NCBI GenBank assembly: GCA_951406725.2
Contig: OX597821.1
Span: 65,844,001 to 65,908,000, forward strand
Reading direction: 5' to 3'
DNA: 64,000 nucleotides
Origin: Octopus vulgaris
Lineage: Eukaryota
The notes below the pieces were generated by a model. It was not told the DNA's origin, did no database searches, and saw only the letters and a list, made by a program, of their open reading frames with translations. This document shows, one piece after another, positions 62,953-64,000 of the stretch. Both the position numbers and the translations under genes were made by a program. Positions within the stretch are counted from its first letter, which is position 1, and every line of letters begins with the position of its first letter.

Positions 62953-63145
62953 TACATAGATAGATAGACAGACAGATAGATAGGTAGATGGAAAGTTAGG
63001 TAGATAGGTAGGTAGGTAGGTAGGTAGGTAGATAGATAGATAGATAGACAGATAGAAAATTAGGTAGATAGACAGGTAGGTAGGTAGAGGGATGGATGGA
63101 AAGTTAGTTAGGTAGATAAATAGATAGATAGATGGTAGGCAGGTA
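62856..63145. repeat. (TAGA)n/(TAGG)n array
   Basis: Direct reading. Confidence 0.95.
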
Positions 63146-63856
63146 GTTGGGTAAGTGGATGGAGCTCTGTGTGTGCATGTACACGCACACAAATATTATC
63201 AGCATCAAACTCAATTTTACATCTGTTTTTCTATGGTGGCATGAGTTAGACGAGTAATTATTGATCTGAGTTAGTTCATATTTAGAATTACTGCTTAGCT
63301 ACAAAGGGCAAAGAATCATATCTCCCTTGTTAAGGGGCTTTTCCTCTGCTAGACACCCTTTCTATCACAAACCACTTCGAAGTGGGTACTGGGTGTATTT
63401 TACTCTGGTGCCGACATGTGAGAAAGAGGAGAGAGGGGGAGAGAGGAAGTTGCTTTGCACTTTGGTTAAATTAGAGACTGCTCCCTACATTAGAGCTGGG
63501 ATATGATCAAAGACATTCTAGGCAGTACCACCACTACACACATGCATATGTGTGTGTGTGTGTTAATTGATGTGTGTTTCTCCTTGTGTGTGTTTGTATG
63601 AGCATGTGTGTTTGTATGAGTGCATGTGTGTGTGTGCATGTATGTTAATGCACTTGCGGGTGTATATACGTTTCAGTATTACAAGCAGCGGTGCAGTCTT
63701 TTGACTTACCAGTTCCTGTAGAACCGTCCAACCCATACCAGCGTGAAAAAAAACGAATGTTAAATGATGACGATGACGACAATGATGGTGATGTATGCAA
63801 GACTGCAGGACTTTGTGAAGATGGTAACGAACTCGAGTAAATGACGGTGGCAGTAG

Positions 63857-63899
<43 letters not shown>

Positions 63900-64000
63900 A
63901 ATGCTGATATTGATGATGGCGGTGGTGGCTTTTAAGGTTACGAGGGTGTTGGCGTGAGTAGTAGTGGCGGCAATAATAATAATGACGTTTTGAAATAAAA

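Overview
AT-rich, microsatellite-saturated eukaryotic non-coding DNA. The repeat families point to an octopus (coleoid cephalopod) genome, intronic or intergenic; this is an inference from repeat content. I found no convincing host protein-coding exon, and nearly all ORF-track entries are translations of (TA)n, (CA)n, (ATCT)n, (GAT)n or SINEs. The window contains: at least four tRNA-derived SINE head types with swapped tails; many 3' fragments of an RTE LINE ending in (GAT)n; decayed LINE fragments of the CR1, RTE/BovB, R4/Dong and Ingi/Vingi types; a decayed Penelope-type GIY-YIG endonuclease; and mariner, hAT and other MITEs. The standout is 26359-28070: three near-identical 546-bp tandem units plus a 97-bp inverted cap, inserted in (TA)n. 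Each unit carries a minimal type I hammerhead ribozyme, the architecture of a Penelope pseudo-LTR or retrozyme able to yield 546-nt (circular) RNAs. Several other unrelated short elements, mostly in (TA)n and some folded back, carry hammerhead or hammerhead-like cores. A CR1 3' end and the dominant SINE share a tail hairpin with compensatory changes, and one SINE copy is fused directly to that LINE. All analysis was by eye; boundaries of degenerate repeats are approximate and family letters A-E are my own labels.
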